The notes under the pieces: generated by a model | Seen by the model: only the letters and a program-made list of their open reading frames with translations | Told to the model about the DNA's origin: nothing | Databases searched by the model: none | Made by a program: the position numbers and the translations under genes | Shown: piece by piece, positions 25,432-34,305 of the stretch | Layout: each line of letters begins with the position of its first letter | Position numbering within the stretch: the first letter of the stretch is position 1 | IMG/VR virus record: IMGVR_UViG_3300037492_000170 | Location: 32,001 to 96,000 of that record | Source of the DNA: a virus | Taxonomy: Duplodnaviria > Caudoviricetes | DNA: 64,000 bases | Direction: 5' to 3' (one strand)

Positions 25432-26835
25432 TTAGCACCGTTTATTACTCAGCGCGCGACTACCGATATCCGCATTCGCAAACCACGCCCAAGTACTCAA
25501 AATACGCGCCCGCGACCCACACTTAGCACCATAATTCCAACCACCACTGGCAATCAGCTTATAAAAACCATAAGTTCCTTGGGAATTAACTTGACCTCTG
25601 GTTCCTGTTACATCTTTCCATCCAAATGCTACTCCTGTAGCATAATCAGCACCTTGGACCGAAGCAAGAGAATCATTTAACCATTGCCAAATAGTACCAG
25701 CACAATCTTCACAACCAATGTTGGAAATCATTCTTCTAGTGCTAACCCCCGCTACCGAATTCATGTGTCCACCAGTCGTTATTGGGTCTGCGTAAGCAAA
25801 TGTAGGTTTAGCAGCACCCTGGTCTGCTGTATAAGTTCCATTAGTAATTACTTCGCCTAATGTAAATGCTCCGGTTCTGCTCTTAACAGTGTATGTTAGA
25901 CTCGTTAAAACTGTTACAATAACACAGGTTTTAGTACTTGTTTGTCCAGTTAATGTATCTCCTGCTACCCAAGCAGTTCCTGGTGCTACATCTAAAGTAA
26001 GCAATTCATAATCTATATTAGTAGCTTCGTTGGAACCTGTTGCAATATACGTAAACTCATGATCGAACAAGAGACGTTTGTTTACTAAAGCAGTATCATC
26101 TACAAAATCATATTGAGTTCTTGTATCTGATATTGTAGCTCCATTAACTGAAGCAGTAGAAGCACCAGTACCTGAGATAAGATATATGTCTACCCAAGCT
26201 GAGATACCAGAAGCATAAACCATACCTTCGTTACCAGATTCTGCTCTATGCCATAATTCCCATACTGAAAGAGGTAAAATATCTCCAGCGAGATAACCTG
26301 TAAGAGTATGATTTGATATAGTTCCTACTGCAACACATAAACAATGAAAACCTCCTACTTTTCTGGAAGTAGATGCAGAATAACCAGATGGAACTGTTGA
26401 GTTAGCACTGATTTTAATCACTGGAACTGTACCAGAAACAGGTTGACACATGTAAATATAGAAATCTTTACCTGCTCTATTGGCAGCAGTAGTGTAGTCA
26501 GTACCAGAAACAGTATCCCAAGAACCTGCGGTATTAAGATCCAAGATTGTCTGGACGGCTAACTTGAGGCTGACTGTGTCAATCTTAATCTCTATTTCAT
26601 TAGGAGAATAAAGAGTTCTCCTTAATGTAGCTGAACCGGAACCACCTTGATACCAACATTCTGAACGTTCATAATGATATTTCTTGTAACCAGTACCAAT
26701 AAAATATTTTACCCCGTTATATGGAATAAATAGTTTACCAGTATCAGTTGCAAGGGCTATCTCTAAATCATTTAACACGTCGCTAGTAGCAGCGACAATT
26801 GATGCTTCTGTTCCATGTCGAATTAAAGGTCTCAT
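25432..26835 (-). CDS. Mtd-like receptor-binding protein (DGR target 2) with an internal insertion
   Basis: Near-identical to 23846-25042 apart from a ~75-aa insert and the variable region. Confidence 0.88.
   Translation of the reverse strand: MRPLIRHGTEASIVAATSDVLNDLEIALATDTGKLFIPYNGVKYFIGTGYKKYHYERSECWYQGGSGSATLRRTLYSPNEIEIKIDTVSLKLAVQTILDLNTAGSWDTVSGTDYTTAANRAGKDFYIYMCQPVSGTVPVIKISANSTVPSGYSASTSRKVGGFHCLCVAVGTISNHTLTGYLAGDILPLSVWELWHRAESGNEGMVYASGISAWVDIYLISGTGASTASVNGATISDTRTQYDFVDDTALVNKRLLFDHEFTYIATGSNEATNIDYELLTLDVAPGTAWVAGDTLTGQTSTKTCVIVTVLTSLTYTVKSRTGAFTLGEVITNGTYTADQGAAKPTFAYADPITTGGHMNSVAGVSTRRMISNIGCEDCAGTIWQWLNDSLASVQGADYATGVAFGWKDVTGTRGQVNSQGTYGFYKLIASGGWNYGAKCGSRARILSTWAWFANADIGSRALSNKRC
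25439..25556 (-). repeat. DGR variable region VR2
   Basis: Aligns without gaps to VR1. Confidence 0.75.
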
Positions 26836-26851
26836 ATATTATCTCCTTGAA

Positions 26852-27148
26852 CTAAGTTACCACCATTCCGCCTACAAGTAAATAGGAAGTATACATTCCA
26901 TCTACCGGAGGTGTGTTATCTACTAAATAACCACCACCAAATATCCAAGCATCGAGTGTACCAGAAGCGTCTGCAATAGGAACTTTTGAGGCGGTTGGTA
27001 TTGCTGTAGGAACAGGGTATTTCTGCCTCGTAGTACCATCATAAACTACAATCTTCTTAGTGTCTGTAGTAAACGCAATCTCACCTGTTTCTAGGGTAGT
27101 AGCGTCTACTACTGCCTCAGTTCCACGTTTTAATTGGAATTTGATCAT
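26852..27148 (-). CDS. short Mtd_N-domain fiber/adaptor protein
   Basis: FQLKRGT...GEIAFTTDTKKIVVYDG motif. Confidence 0.7.
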   Translation of the reverse strand: MIKFQLKRGTEAVVDATTLETGEIAFTTDTKKIVVYDGTTRQKYPVPTAIPTASKVPIADASGTLDAWIFGGGYLVDNTPPVDGMYTSYLLVGGMVVT

Positions 27149-27157
27149 AGGAACCCC

Positions 27158-28246
27158 TTATGTCAGTACGCCGCAGTCCAACGTGGTAATGTCTCCCCAA
27201 GCTACATCTGCACCGTGCCCAGCACTCTTTAAGAACTGTCCGGATGTACCATGTAAAAGTTCCGTGGGAACAAAAGTAGCGCCCTGATATACCAAAATGG
27301 AACCTTGCTCTGCACCATGGACTAACTGTGTTAATGCAATAGAGTCTGCCGCAGGTGCAGGAATAGCTTCCCATCCTATATCAGTAGCAGCTCCACCAGC
27401 AGTAAGCACATAACCATCAGCACCAGCAGCTAAAAATGTAGGGGGACCACCAGAACCATTATAAGCAACAAGGTCCCCACGAGTTCCGTGCTCCATCATC
27501 GCTAGGGTCACATAGTTAGCGGCAATTGACAAATCATGACTATGGTCCTGACGTGCTACCTGAGATGAACTACCCACTGCACCAGAACTTGCATCTGCAA
27601 TCGACCCAGGTTCACTGGATGCTAACGCGTAATTATTAATCGGAACCCATGCAGCACCTGAATAGATGAACAGAAGGTCCTCATCGTCAACATATGCACA
27701 CATACCTTCAGTAGGGACCTTAAATTCCCATGCATCTGGTGTTAGCGCAGTATTCCACTGTGCTATCTGCCCTGCTTTATTAGCCCATGCACCAGTGGGG
27801 TCTGCTGCAATTATATATCTATCACCATTTGTAGGTGTTACTGGAGGTGTTGCAAGGTCATTATCCTTAACAGAGTCCTGAAACTCACCTACACCCCAAG
27901 AAGCAGCAGTAATAACCTGTTGAATCTTCTGCCCAGACCATGTACCAGATGCATCCGTAGCTGCATCGTCGAGCTTCAATGAAACCTTAGTAAATGTAGT
28001 CGGTGCTGAACAGTAATACACAGTCGCATTGGTTGTATCTACATATAAACAGCCAGCAATACCGCCAGCAGAAGGCACTCCAGCGCTTGTGAACGCCTTA
28101 TTGACTGGAACTTTGGTCGCACTGTTGTCTGCCGAGGTTACGTAGAATACTGTATTCTCGGTGTCAAACCACAATTCCGACAAATACCCTGTAGCTGCAG
28201 CAACCAGTGCTGCGGTCCCTCTTTTATGTTGTAATTTCACTGGCAT
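27158..28246 (-). CDS. tail fiber protein with Mtd_N and DUF2793-like domains
   Basis: LQHKRGT start; TPPVTPTNGDRYII...TGAWANKAGQIAQW...W.F..PTEG motif. Confidence 0.78.
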   Translation of the reverse strand: MPVKLQHKRGTAALVAAATGYLSELWFDTENTVFYVTSADNSATKVPVNKAFTSAGVPSAGGIAGCLYVDTTNATVYYCSAPTTFTKVSLKLDDAATDASGTWSGQKIQQVITAASWGVGEFQDSVKDNDLATPPVTPTNGDRYIIAADPTGAWANKAGQIAQWNTALTPDAWEFKVPTEGMCAYVDDEDLLFIYSGAAWVPINNYALASSEPGSIADASSGAVGSSSQVARQDHSHDLSIAANYVTLAMMEHGTRGDLVAYNGSGGPPTFLAAGADGYVLTAGGAATDIGWEAIPAPAADSIALTQLVHGAEQGSILVYQGATFVPTELLHGTSGQFLKSAGHGADVAWGDITTLDCGVLT

Positions 28247-28920
28247 AACGATAACTCCTTATTTGCTTTACTTATTCTCCGACATGCTCTCACAGGAGTT
28301 GTAATAATTCTCTCATCACTCCACCCCCTGTCCTTTCTTCCCATTATAGCCTCTCTACTTACCGATAACCTTACAGCCCATTGAGCCACAGTTAAATCTT
28401 CACCATTGAAAATCAATCTACGATTAGCTCTAGTATTGTTCATCTGTTCTCTATGTGTCGCCCATCTACAATTTTCAGGTTCATAATCCCCGTTATTGTC
28501 CTTCCTGTCTAGGGACATACCCTCCAGTGGATCTCCCATATCATTGTAGAAATTCTCAAAGCCGTGATTGGGGTCTAACCATCTATCACAAACCTTAATA
28601 CCCCGACCACCATAGTCTTTATATCGTGCATTGCTAGGGTTATAACACCTATCCTTCATACCTTGCCATGTTCTATATATTTTAGGCAAAGCACCATTCA
28701 TACGATTACCATGAGTGGTAAAAGACCTAGCTGTAGACTCTTTTCTTAAACAACCACAAGACTTTGTATTCCCCTTCATTAAATGTGACCCTGTAACAAC
28801 AGTCTTGTTACCACAAATACAATCACACTCCCAAAGCGTCTTGTTAAATTTAGTAGTTCCAGCAAACTTCATTACTTCCAACCTATCGAACTTCTGTCCG
28901 ACTAAATCTAGTCTCATCAC
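28237..28920 (-). CDS. HNH homing endonuclease 3
   Basis: LVGQKFDRL, YGGRGIKVCDRW and SLDRKDNNGDYEPENCRWAT motifs. Confidence 0.9.
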   Translation of the reverse strand: MMRLDLVGQKFDRLEVMKFAGTTKFNKTLWECDCICGNKTVVTGSHLMKGNTKSCGCLRKESTARSFTTHGNRMNGALPKIYRTWQGMKDRCYNPSNARYKDYGGRGIKVCDRWLDPNHGFENFYNDMGDPLEGMSLDRKDNNGDYEPENCRWATHREQMNNTRANRRLIFNGEDLTVAQWAVRLSVSREAIMGRKDRGWSDERIITTPVRACRRISKANKELSLCQ

Positions 28921-29012
28921 TTCACTCCTTATTGTGTTATCCTTAGAAGTTATTTAATGGGAAGGCGGCTAAGGTTTCCGCTTTATCGGGTGTACACCCC
29001 TATCCCATTAAA
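28921..29012 (-). ncRNA. HNH-associated pseudoknotted leader RNA, copy D
   Basis: TTAATGGGA/TCCCATTAA P1, GCGG/CCGC P3; loop CCTTAG pairs with downstream CTAAGG. Confidence 0.75.
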
Positions 29013-29021
29013 ACTACAATA

Positions 29022-29600
29022 TCACGCAAGAGCCCCACAGTCTACTTCATTCAGCCAAGCACCGGATATTGTTGGACTGTCACTTCTAGACAGCGGGATT
29101 GAATTAACGGTTGGTGTAGTAGTTGCACTTGCTGGATTCTCCACTACAGTATTACTAGCATTTAATGTGGCGTGCTTACTATGAGGACTGGCAGCATTAA
29201 TATGAGCAGAAATATCTGCTGGACTATATGTAAGCTGTACCCACGCATCCCCTGAAGTAAGAAACAATGTGAAGGTATCTGTCTCAAAATACAATTTTCC
29301 AGGAACCACCGCAGAGGGTCTTTCATCATGAGTACCTGTTACACACGCTCCTACTAATTTCTTGCCTGTACCATTAAACAAATACACTTCATTAGTATCA
29401 GTGGTAAAAACGATTTCATAATCCCTTAGATTACTAGAAAACATCTGAGCCTGCGTACCCCTACGCAATACCACTGAATGTCTCTCGGCAGCAAAATCTC
29501 CAGGTTCGAGATACTCAACAATCTGCTCGTTAGTCCATAACTCGGCATCGTCAGTAACAGAATCATCTATGGGATAGTAGGGATTTATTATAGTTATCAT
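29022..29600 (-). CDS. Mtd_N-domain fiber/adaptor protein
   Basis: VVLRRGT...EIVFTTDT and PGKLYFETDT; C-terminal DCG motif shared with 27158-28246. Confidence 0.7.
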   Translation of the reverse strand: MITIINPYYPIDDSVTDDAELWTNEQIVEYLEPGDFAAERHSVVLRRGTQAQMFSSNLRDYEIVFTTDTNEVYLFNGTGKKLVGACVTGTHDERPSAVVPGKLYFETDTFTLFLTSGDAWVQLTYSPADISAHINAASPHSKHATLNASNTVVENPASATTTPTVNSIPLSRSDSPTISGAWLNEVDCGALA

Positions 29601-29601
29601 A

Positions 29602-30015
29602 TCATGAGCCCCACAACTTTACTCCAGCATTATGTGTTCCTCCACTTACAAAAACTATACTCCCAAACTTTCCATCTGTTTCTATAAGCATAAAAACCCC
29701 TACTGGTATTTCGAGTACATTAGCTGTATCTCCATTAGCATAAAAACTAACAATTCCGCCTGTTTCATTGTGTAACATAAGACTATTATAACCCATACAT
29801 AAAATGGGGTCAGACGGAAAATCATTAACAGTTGCTAATTCCATAAATGGATTTACTAGTGGCTCGTGACTAACGAATGATACCCCTGTAGGCAAAGTCG
29901 TTGGATAAAAATCCGTAGTGCCTGTCGTATATTTCTTGATGGACTTGCGCTTCTTCAGCCCAATACCACCACGTAGAGTAACTGTACGAGCAGTGGAGTT
30001 CGTGTAGGTTGGCAT
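29602..30015 (-). CDS. structural protein, paralog of 19620-20270 without the Gly-rich insert
   Basis: MPTYTN start and NxT...F..NG..AN...IPVG...SGGT pattern in both. Confidence 0.6.
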   Translation of the reverse strand: MPTYTNSTARTVTLRGGIGLKKRKSIKKYTTGTTDFYPTTLPTGVSFVSHEPLVNPFMELATVNDFPSDPILCMGYNSLMLHNETGGIVSFYANGDTANVLEIPVGVFMLIETDGKFGSIVFVSGGTHNAGVKLWGS

Positions 30016-30018
30016 ATT

Positions 30019-30249
30019 TTATTCCTCTTCTGGAACTGTCTCTTCTTCAACCGGACGGAAGGTTATCACCTTAATTTCTGTTTGGCTAATCCAAATACTA
30101 CCACCATTTTCCATAGGAACTCTTATCTTAGCCTGTGACATTAGAGCAGGTTCAATAGCTGCTTGTTCCCCGTCTATAACCATGCTAAATACCACATCAT
30201 TTCCGTCCGAATCACGTAAATTACTTATAATTGTCACTGTCGTCTTCAT
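30019..30249 (-). CDS. hypothetical protein
   Basis: GGAGG RBS; ORF in the operon. Confidence 0.6.
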   Translation of the reverse strand: MKTTVTIISNLRDSDGNDVVFSMVIDGEQAAIEPALMSQAKIRVPMENGGSIWISQTEIKVITFRPVEEETVPEEE

Positions 30250-30276
30250 CTGTCTACCTCCCTTTTGTTTTACAGT

Positions 30277-30627
30277 TTATACTTTTAGTGCTGCTACTGC
30301 TTTAAACGTAGCAATCTTCTCTGACATAGCCAATTCTGTCGGTGTAGCTTCCGCTGCAACAAACTCAGCCAACTCACCTTCTGCTGCATCTGCCACATCA
30401 CCTATCTGAGCCTCAACCGCAGTAGTCAGTGCACTAAAGTCTGTCGTGATGTCGGCAATAACTTTATTGCCTCTGGTTAGCTTTAGCCCTTCCGGTGAAA
30501 GCTGTGCCATGAACATTCCGAACACTGAACTGTAAAGCCCAGATTCAGCCGGTCCTGCTTCCTGCCACACTATACGAAATGATTCCGTACCTGAAATTAT
30601 ACTAGCCAAAACATCTGCTGCTGCCAT
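30277..30627 (-). CDS. hypothetical protein
   Basis: ORF in the operon with an Ala/Glu-rich C-terminus. Confidence 0.6.
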   Translation of the reverse strand: MAAADVLASIISGTESFRIVWQEAGPAESGLYSSVFGMFMAQLSPEGLKLTRGNKVIADITTDFSALTTAVEAQIGDVADAAEGELAEFVAAEATPTELAMSEKIATFKAVAALKV

Positions 30628-30628
30628 T

Positions 30629-31300
30629 TTATTCCCCTTCTACTACTTTTAGTTGTGGCTTTAGTAATTCTTTTCTAAAGCGCATGAAATCTCCTATAAA
30701 CCGTTTACCACCAATATGAACATTGGTAATTTCGGGATCTAAATAAATGCTATACCCCAACTCTCTTAATCTCCTACACATCACATTATCTTCCGACACC
30801 AACTCCCCATCTATTATCTTAACGTCAAATATCATTTTTCTCAATTTGCCTTCATTCTCATACTCAGGGCTATTGTCCCATAATGATTGCATGGCTTTAT
30901 TACTGAGTTTGAGGAATCCAGTACCTAAACTATTAACTTTGATAAGACCATTCTCCCCTATATCCAGATTCTGTGTGTTAATGTTATAAAGCTCTGCGTC
31001 ATCAGTCTTTTTACGCACAGTTCCACCAACTACATCCTCTGGATAATTGAATAGCTTGAAAACATTTATTGGCTCAAACTCCATGTCATCGTCCACGAAG
31101 ATCATCGCATCGGCACTGTTCTCCAATGCTATTGCAATCAGATCATTTCTTGCCCTTTGGATTAAGGCATCGTGACTGAGGTAAATGGGATAAGTGGTGA
31201 TACCAAGGGATTCACCCATACGAATAGTTTCTACCATAGAAGCACAGTAGTAGACCGAAACGGTTCCCGAATAACAAGGAGTTCCAATGATAATATTCAT
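30629..31300 (-). CDS. GT-A fold glycosyltransferase-like protein
   Basis: IGTPCY, IQRARN, FVDDD, LGTGF, SED..C and HIG motifs. Confidence 0.8.
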   Translation of the reverse strand: MNIIIGTPCYSGTVSVYYCASMVETIRMGESLGITTYPIYLSHDALIQRARNDLIAIALENSADAMIFVDDDMEFEPINVFKLFNYPEDVVGGTVRKKTDDAELYNINTQNLDIGENGLIKVNSLGTGFLKLSNKAMQSLWDNSPEYENEGKLRKMIFDVKIIDGELVSEDNVMCRRLRELGYSIYLDPEITNVHIGGKRFIGDFMRFRKELLKPQLKVVEGE

Positions 31301-32826
31301 CTAGCTTCTAGTTCCTTTACCCTAGCAGACAGTTCCTGAATTGCCCTCACCATAACAACCAGTAGATTCCCCGATGCTACTTCCAACCTTTCAGGATTCA
31401 CATCATAGACTAATCCAGGTATTGTCACACCTTCTTCCTTCTGTGCGATTTGAAGTTCTTGGGCGAGAAAGCCCATACCCGGTATCCCAACTTTGCTACC
31501 ATCCCTCATATTCCAAGTAAATTCCCTTGGTTTGAGGCGATTAATAAACTCAAGTCCTACAGGGATATTGCCTATATTAGTTTTATCTCGTTCATCAGAA
31601 ATAGCGGTAATAGAAGTAACCTGACATCTCAATGTAGCAACACTAGCATTACCTAATGTCACTTCATTAGTAGCGGTAGCACTTGAAGCATCAGCATCGT
31701 AGCCAATTGCAGTCAGGTTTGAGCCGGTGGTTACGCTATCCAATGCTAATGTACCAACAGCGGTGTTGTAGACTCCGGTGGTGTTTGCATAAAGTGCCCA
31801 ATACCCAATCCCTACGTTGGAAGTACCAATACTATTAGTCTCAAGAGCACTAGTTCCGACAGCGGTGTTGTTGGCTCCGGTGGTGTTTGCAGCGAGAGCA
31901 TTAGTACCTACAGCAGTACAGTTTGAAAACGATTGATTACTCGCTCCTCGTAATGCTGCAACTCCCAAAGCAACATTGTTTATACCAGTTAAATTAAAAC
32001 GCATGGCAGTGTAACCAACAGCCACATTTTCATAACCGGTAGTTAATGCCTGGGCTGCCTGATAACCTAATACACTGTTGCTGTTGCCTACTGCGGAAGC
32101 AAGTGCACTTCCCCCTACGGCTACATTCTGAACTCCTATTTGATTCCCCTCCAATGCTGATGCACCAACAGCGGTGTTGTTGACACCGGTGGTGTTTGTA
32201 GTAAGACTATTGTAGCCACATGCTGTATTATTATCTGCTAAATTAGCTGCTAGGGCACTCCTACCAACGGCTACATTAGAACATCCTACAAGGTTAGCAT
32301 AAAGGGCTGCATCTCCTACTGCCACATTTTGAACACCCGTTGTGTTTGTTTGAAGTGCCCTAGAGCCACATGCAGTATTATAATTCCCTGTTGTATTTGC
32401 ATTCAACGCACTAGTACCAATAGCAACATTTGATGTAACCAACCCAGCACCATAGGATAAAACACGAGAGAATATATGGTCACCGGCAGGATAAGTTCCA
32501 GCAACTACTTCACTGGCATTGATAGCTTCAAAGGCTAAATCAGTAGTAGTGCCACCACCTTTAAGGACATATCCATCTACTGGTGCGGCAAGTAATGTTG
32601 GCGTAAATGAAGCTCCTGCATAGTGCATGATACCACGGGAAGCACCATGTACGATGTTAGTTAGGGCTATATTATTAACGGCATCGTCAGCAGAGTACTT
32701 CTTCTTTGAGGAACCATCATACACGACCAACTTTTTAGTATCTGTCTCAAACGCTATTTCATAATCACTGAGCGACGCAGCATCTACAACTGCGGCGGTT
32801 CCCCGTTTAATTTTTATAACTGCCAT
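31297..32826 (-). CDS. tail fiber with YadA-like NxAVG repeats and C-terminal intramolecular chaperone (peptidase S74)
   Basis: KIKRGT start, tandem N.AVG..AL..NTTG repeats, SDERDKTNI...GFLAQE...AIQELSARV. Confidence 0.9.
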   Translation of the reverse strand: MAVIKIKRGTAAVVDAASLSDYEIAFETDTKKLVVYDGSSKKKYSADDAVNNIALTNIVHGASRGIMHYAGASFTPTLLAAPVDGYVLKGGGTTTDLAFEAINASEVVAGTYPAGDHIFSRVLSYGAGLVTSNVAIGTSALNANTTGNYNTACGSRALQTNTTGVQNVAVGDAALYANLVGCSNVAVGRSALAANLADNNTACGYNSLTTNTTGVNNTAVGASALEGNQIGVQNVAVGGSALASAVGNSNSVLGYQAAQALTTGYENVAVGYTAMRFNLTGINNVALGVAALRGASNQSFSNCTAVGTNALAANTTGANNTAVGTSALETNSIGTSNVGIGYWALYANTTGVYNTAVGTLALDSVTTGSNLTAIGYDADASSATATNEVTLGNASVATLRCQVTSITAISDERDKTNIGNIPVGLEFINRLKPREFTWNMRDGSKVGIPGMGFLAQELQIAQKEEGVTIPGLVYDVNPERLEVASGNLLVVMVRAIQELSARVKELEAR

Positions 32827-32827
32827 C

Positions 32828-33049
32828 TTACACTCCTAAGATATTCTCGAAATGTTCATGCGCCCTTTGCATACAGATGAACATCTTATCAAGATTTGTC
32901 GGTATTATCTGTCCATCAAGAAGTGCTGCTCCAGGAATACTTACATCGCCCCCATCAAACGTGGGGGTTGGATTACTATCACTTGCCACTCCAGCATCCA
33001 CCAATAGAAGATTATCCAGACAAGTCATATCACCATCATATAACAGCAT
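32828..33049 (-). CDS. small hypothetical protein with DGG repeats
   Basis: YDGD/VDAG/FDGG/LDGQ repeats; coupled ORF. Confidence 0.5.
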   Translation of the reverse strand: MLLYDGDMTCLDNLLLVDAGVASDSNPTPTFDGGDVSIPGAALLDGQIIPTNLDKMFICMQRAHEHFENILGV

Positions 33050-33606
33050 TAGTATATCCTATACACCATCGCTGGCGCAGCTTGAGGAAAGGGTGGTCGT
33101 TCATCACAGAACTCTACCATCCAACCACTTATAGGTTGAAGTTCATTTGCAAGAAAATCATGCACGGTAAATTGAATAGGAGACGCATCGTGGAATAAGA
33201 ATACGCCGGTTGGTTTAAGTTTACTCTTGTATAAATTAAACGTATTCTGCGCTTGCTCATAGGTGTGAGGGTCTAAGTCTATGTGAATTATGTCCAAACT
33301 ATTGTCAGCAAACTGATTTACACAGTCCTCAGCACGTGAGTGTATGAAGAATGTCTTTAGATTGTCTATAACAGGTGCCATCTCTACTCGATAATTGATA
33401 TCCACAAATTTAATGGTGTAGGGCAGCCCTACCTCATCCAACTTCTCAACAAATAACCTTGCACTGAATCCAAGGTCACACCCTAATTCTAACACAGATA
33501 TATTAGTTTGTCCAACAATTGCTTTGTCAATAGCATTGAGATAGAAGTCATGATAACTCTTGAATACTTCCACACCTAACATTTCCGAGAACGGTCGCTC
33601 TATCAT
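33049..33606 (-). CDS. class I SAM-dependent methyltransferase (Methyltransf_24-like)
   Basis: VLELGCDLGFS, DIIHID..HTYE and GVFLFHD motifs. Confidence 0.85.
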   Translation of the reverse strand: MIERPFSEMLGVEVFKSYHDFYLNAIDKAIVGQTNISVLELGCDLGFSARLFVEKLDEVGLPYTIKFVDINYRVEMAPVIDNLKTFFIHSRAEDCVNQFADNSLDIIHIDLDPHTYEQAQNTFNLYKSKLKPTGVFLFHDASPIQFTVHDFLANELQPISGWMVEFCDERPPFPQAAPAMVYRIY

Positions 33607-34214
33607 AATGCCCCCCTAACTGGACGTGTAAGAGAATCTTCTACTGACCACGCCTTTAGCCTAGAATATAATGTACTGACTGGCATACCTAAATTGCGTG
33701 CCCACTGCGATGCCGTCATAGTCTTCCCATCATAATGAATTATAACATTATCTCTCATATTATTCATTTGCTCGAAGCGAGTTGCCCACCTATAGTTATT
33801 TGGTGCATAATCCCCATCGTTATCAATTCTATCTAAAGATTTACCAGCGGGGGCCTCCCCTACATCAGCAAGAAAGTTTTCAAACTTCAACCATCTATCA
33901 CATACTTTTATTCCTCGTCCACCATATCTATCATAAAACTTATGATTTGGGTTTAAGCATCTCTGCAGCATACCACTCCATACACGATAAATATTAGTTT
34001 CCTTTCCAACTCTGTTATATCCATGCTTAGTCACTACATCAATATGAAGGCAACCACACGATTTAGTGCCTCCACTTCTCAACTGATCCCCACGAACCTT
34101 ACAGACTTTACCACAATCACATCGGCAAATCCAATAATACATCCTGCGTTTATTTTTATCACCTGTACTAATCACAGTTAGTCTTCCAAATATTTGCCCA
34201 GTTAAATCTATCAT
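33603..34214 (-). CDS. HNH homing endonuclease 4
   Basis: DLTGQIFGRL, YGGRGIKVCDRW and SLDRIDNDGDYAPNNYRWAT motifs. Confidence 0.9.
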   Translation of the reverse strand: MIDLTGQIFGRLTVISTGDKNKRRMYYWICRCDCGKVCKVRGDQLRSGGTKSCGCLHIDVVTKHGYNRVGKETNIYRVWSGMLQRCLNPNHKFYDRYGGRGIKVCDRWLKFENFLADVGEAPAGKSLDRIDNDGDYAPNNYRWATRFEQMNNMRDNVIIHYDGKTMTASQWARNLGMPVSTLYSRLKAWSVEDSLTRPVRGAL

Positions 34215-34305
34215 AATATCACTCCTTATGGTGTTTATCCTTAGTGATTATCATGGGCAGGCCGCTAAGGTTTCGGCTCTTCGGGTCTAGATTCCCTAGC
34301 CCATG
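34215..34305 (-). ncRNA. HNH-associated pseudoknotted leader RNA, copy E
   Basis: CATGGGC/GCCCATG P1, GCCG/CGGC P3; loop CCTTAG pairs with CTAAGG; overlaps the 3' end of the upstream glycosyltransferase gene. Confidence 0.75.

Noticed and set aside
23846-26835. One copy being the DGR template repeat, or an assembly duplicate
   Set aside because: Both VRs are in frame in full genes and each has non-A bases where the other has A; synonymous changes and a ~75-aa insert exclude an artefact.
15167-34305. HNH leader RNAs as hammerhead ribozymes, group I introns or IscB omegaRNA
   Set aside because: No CUGAnGA/GAAA core, too short for a group I intron, the flanking genes are not split, and the HNH proteins lack RuvC/PLMP motifs.
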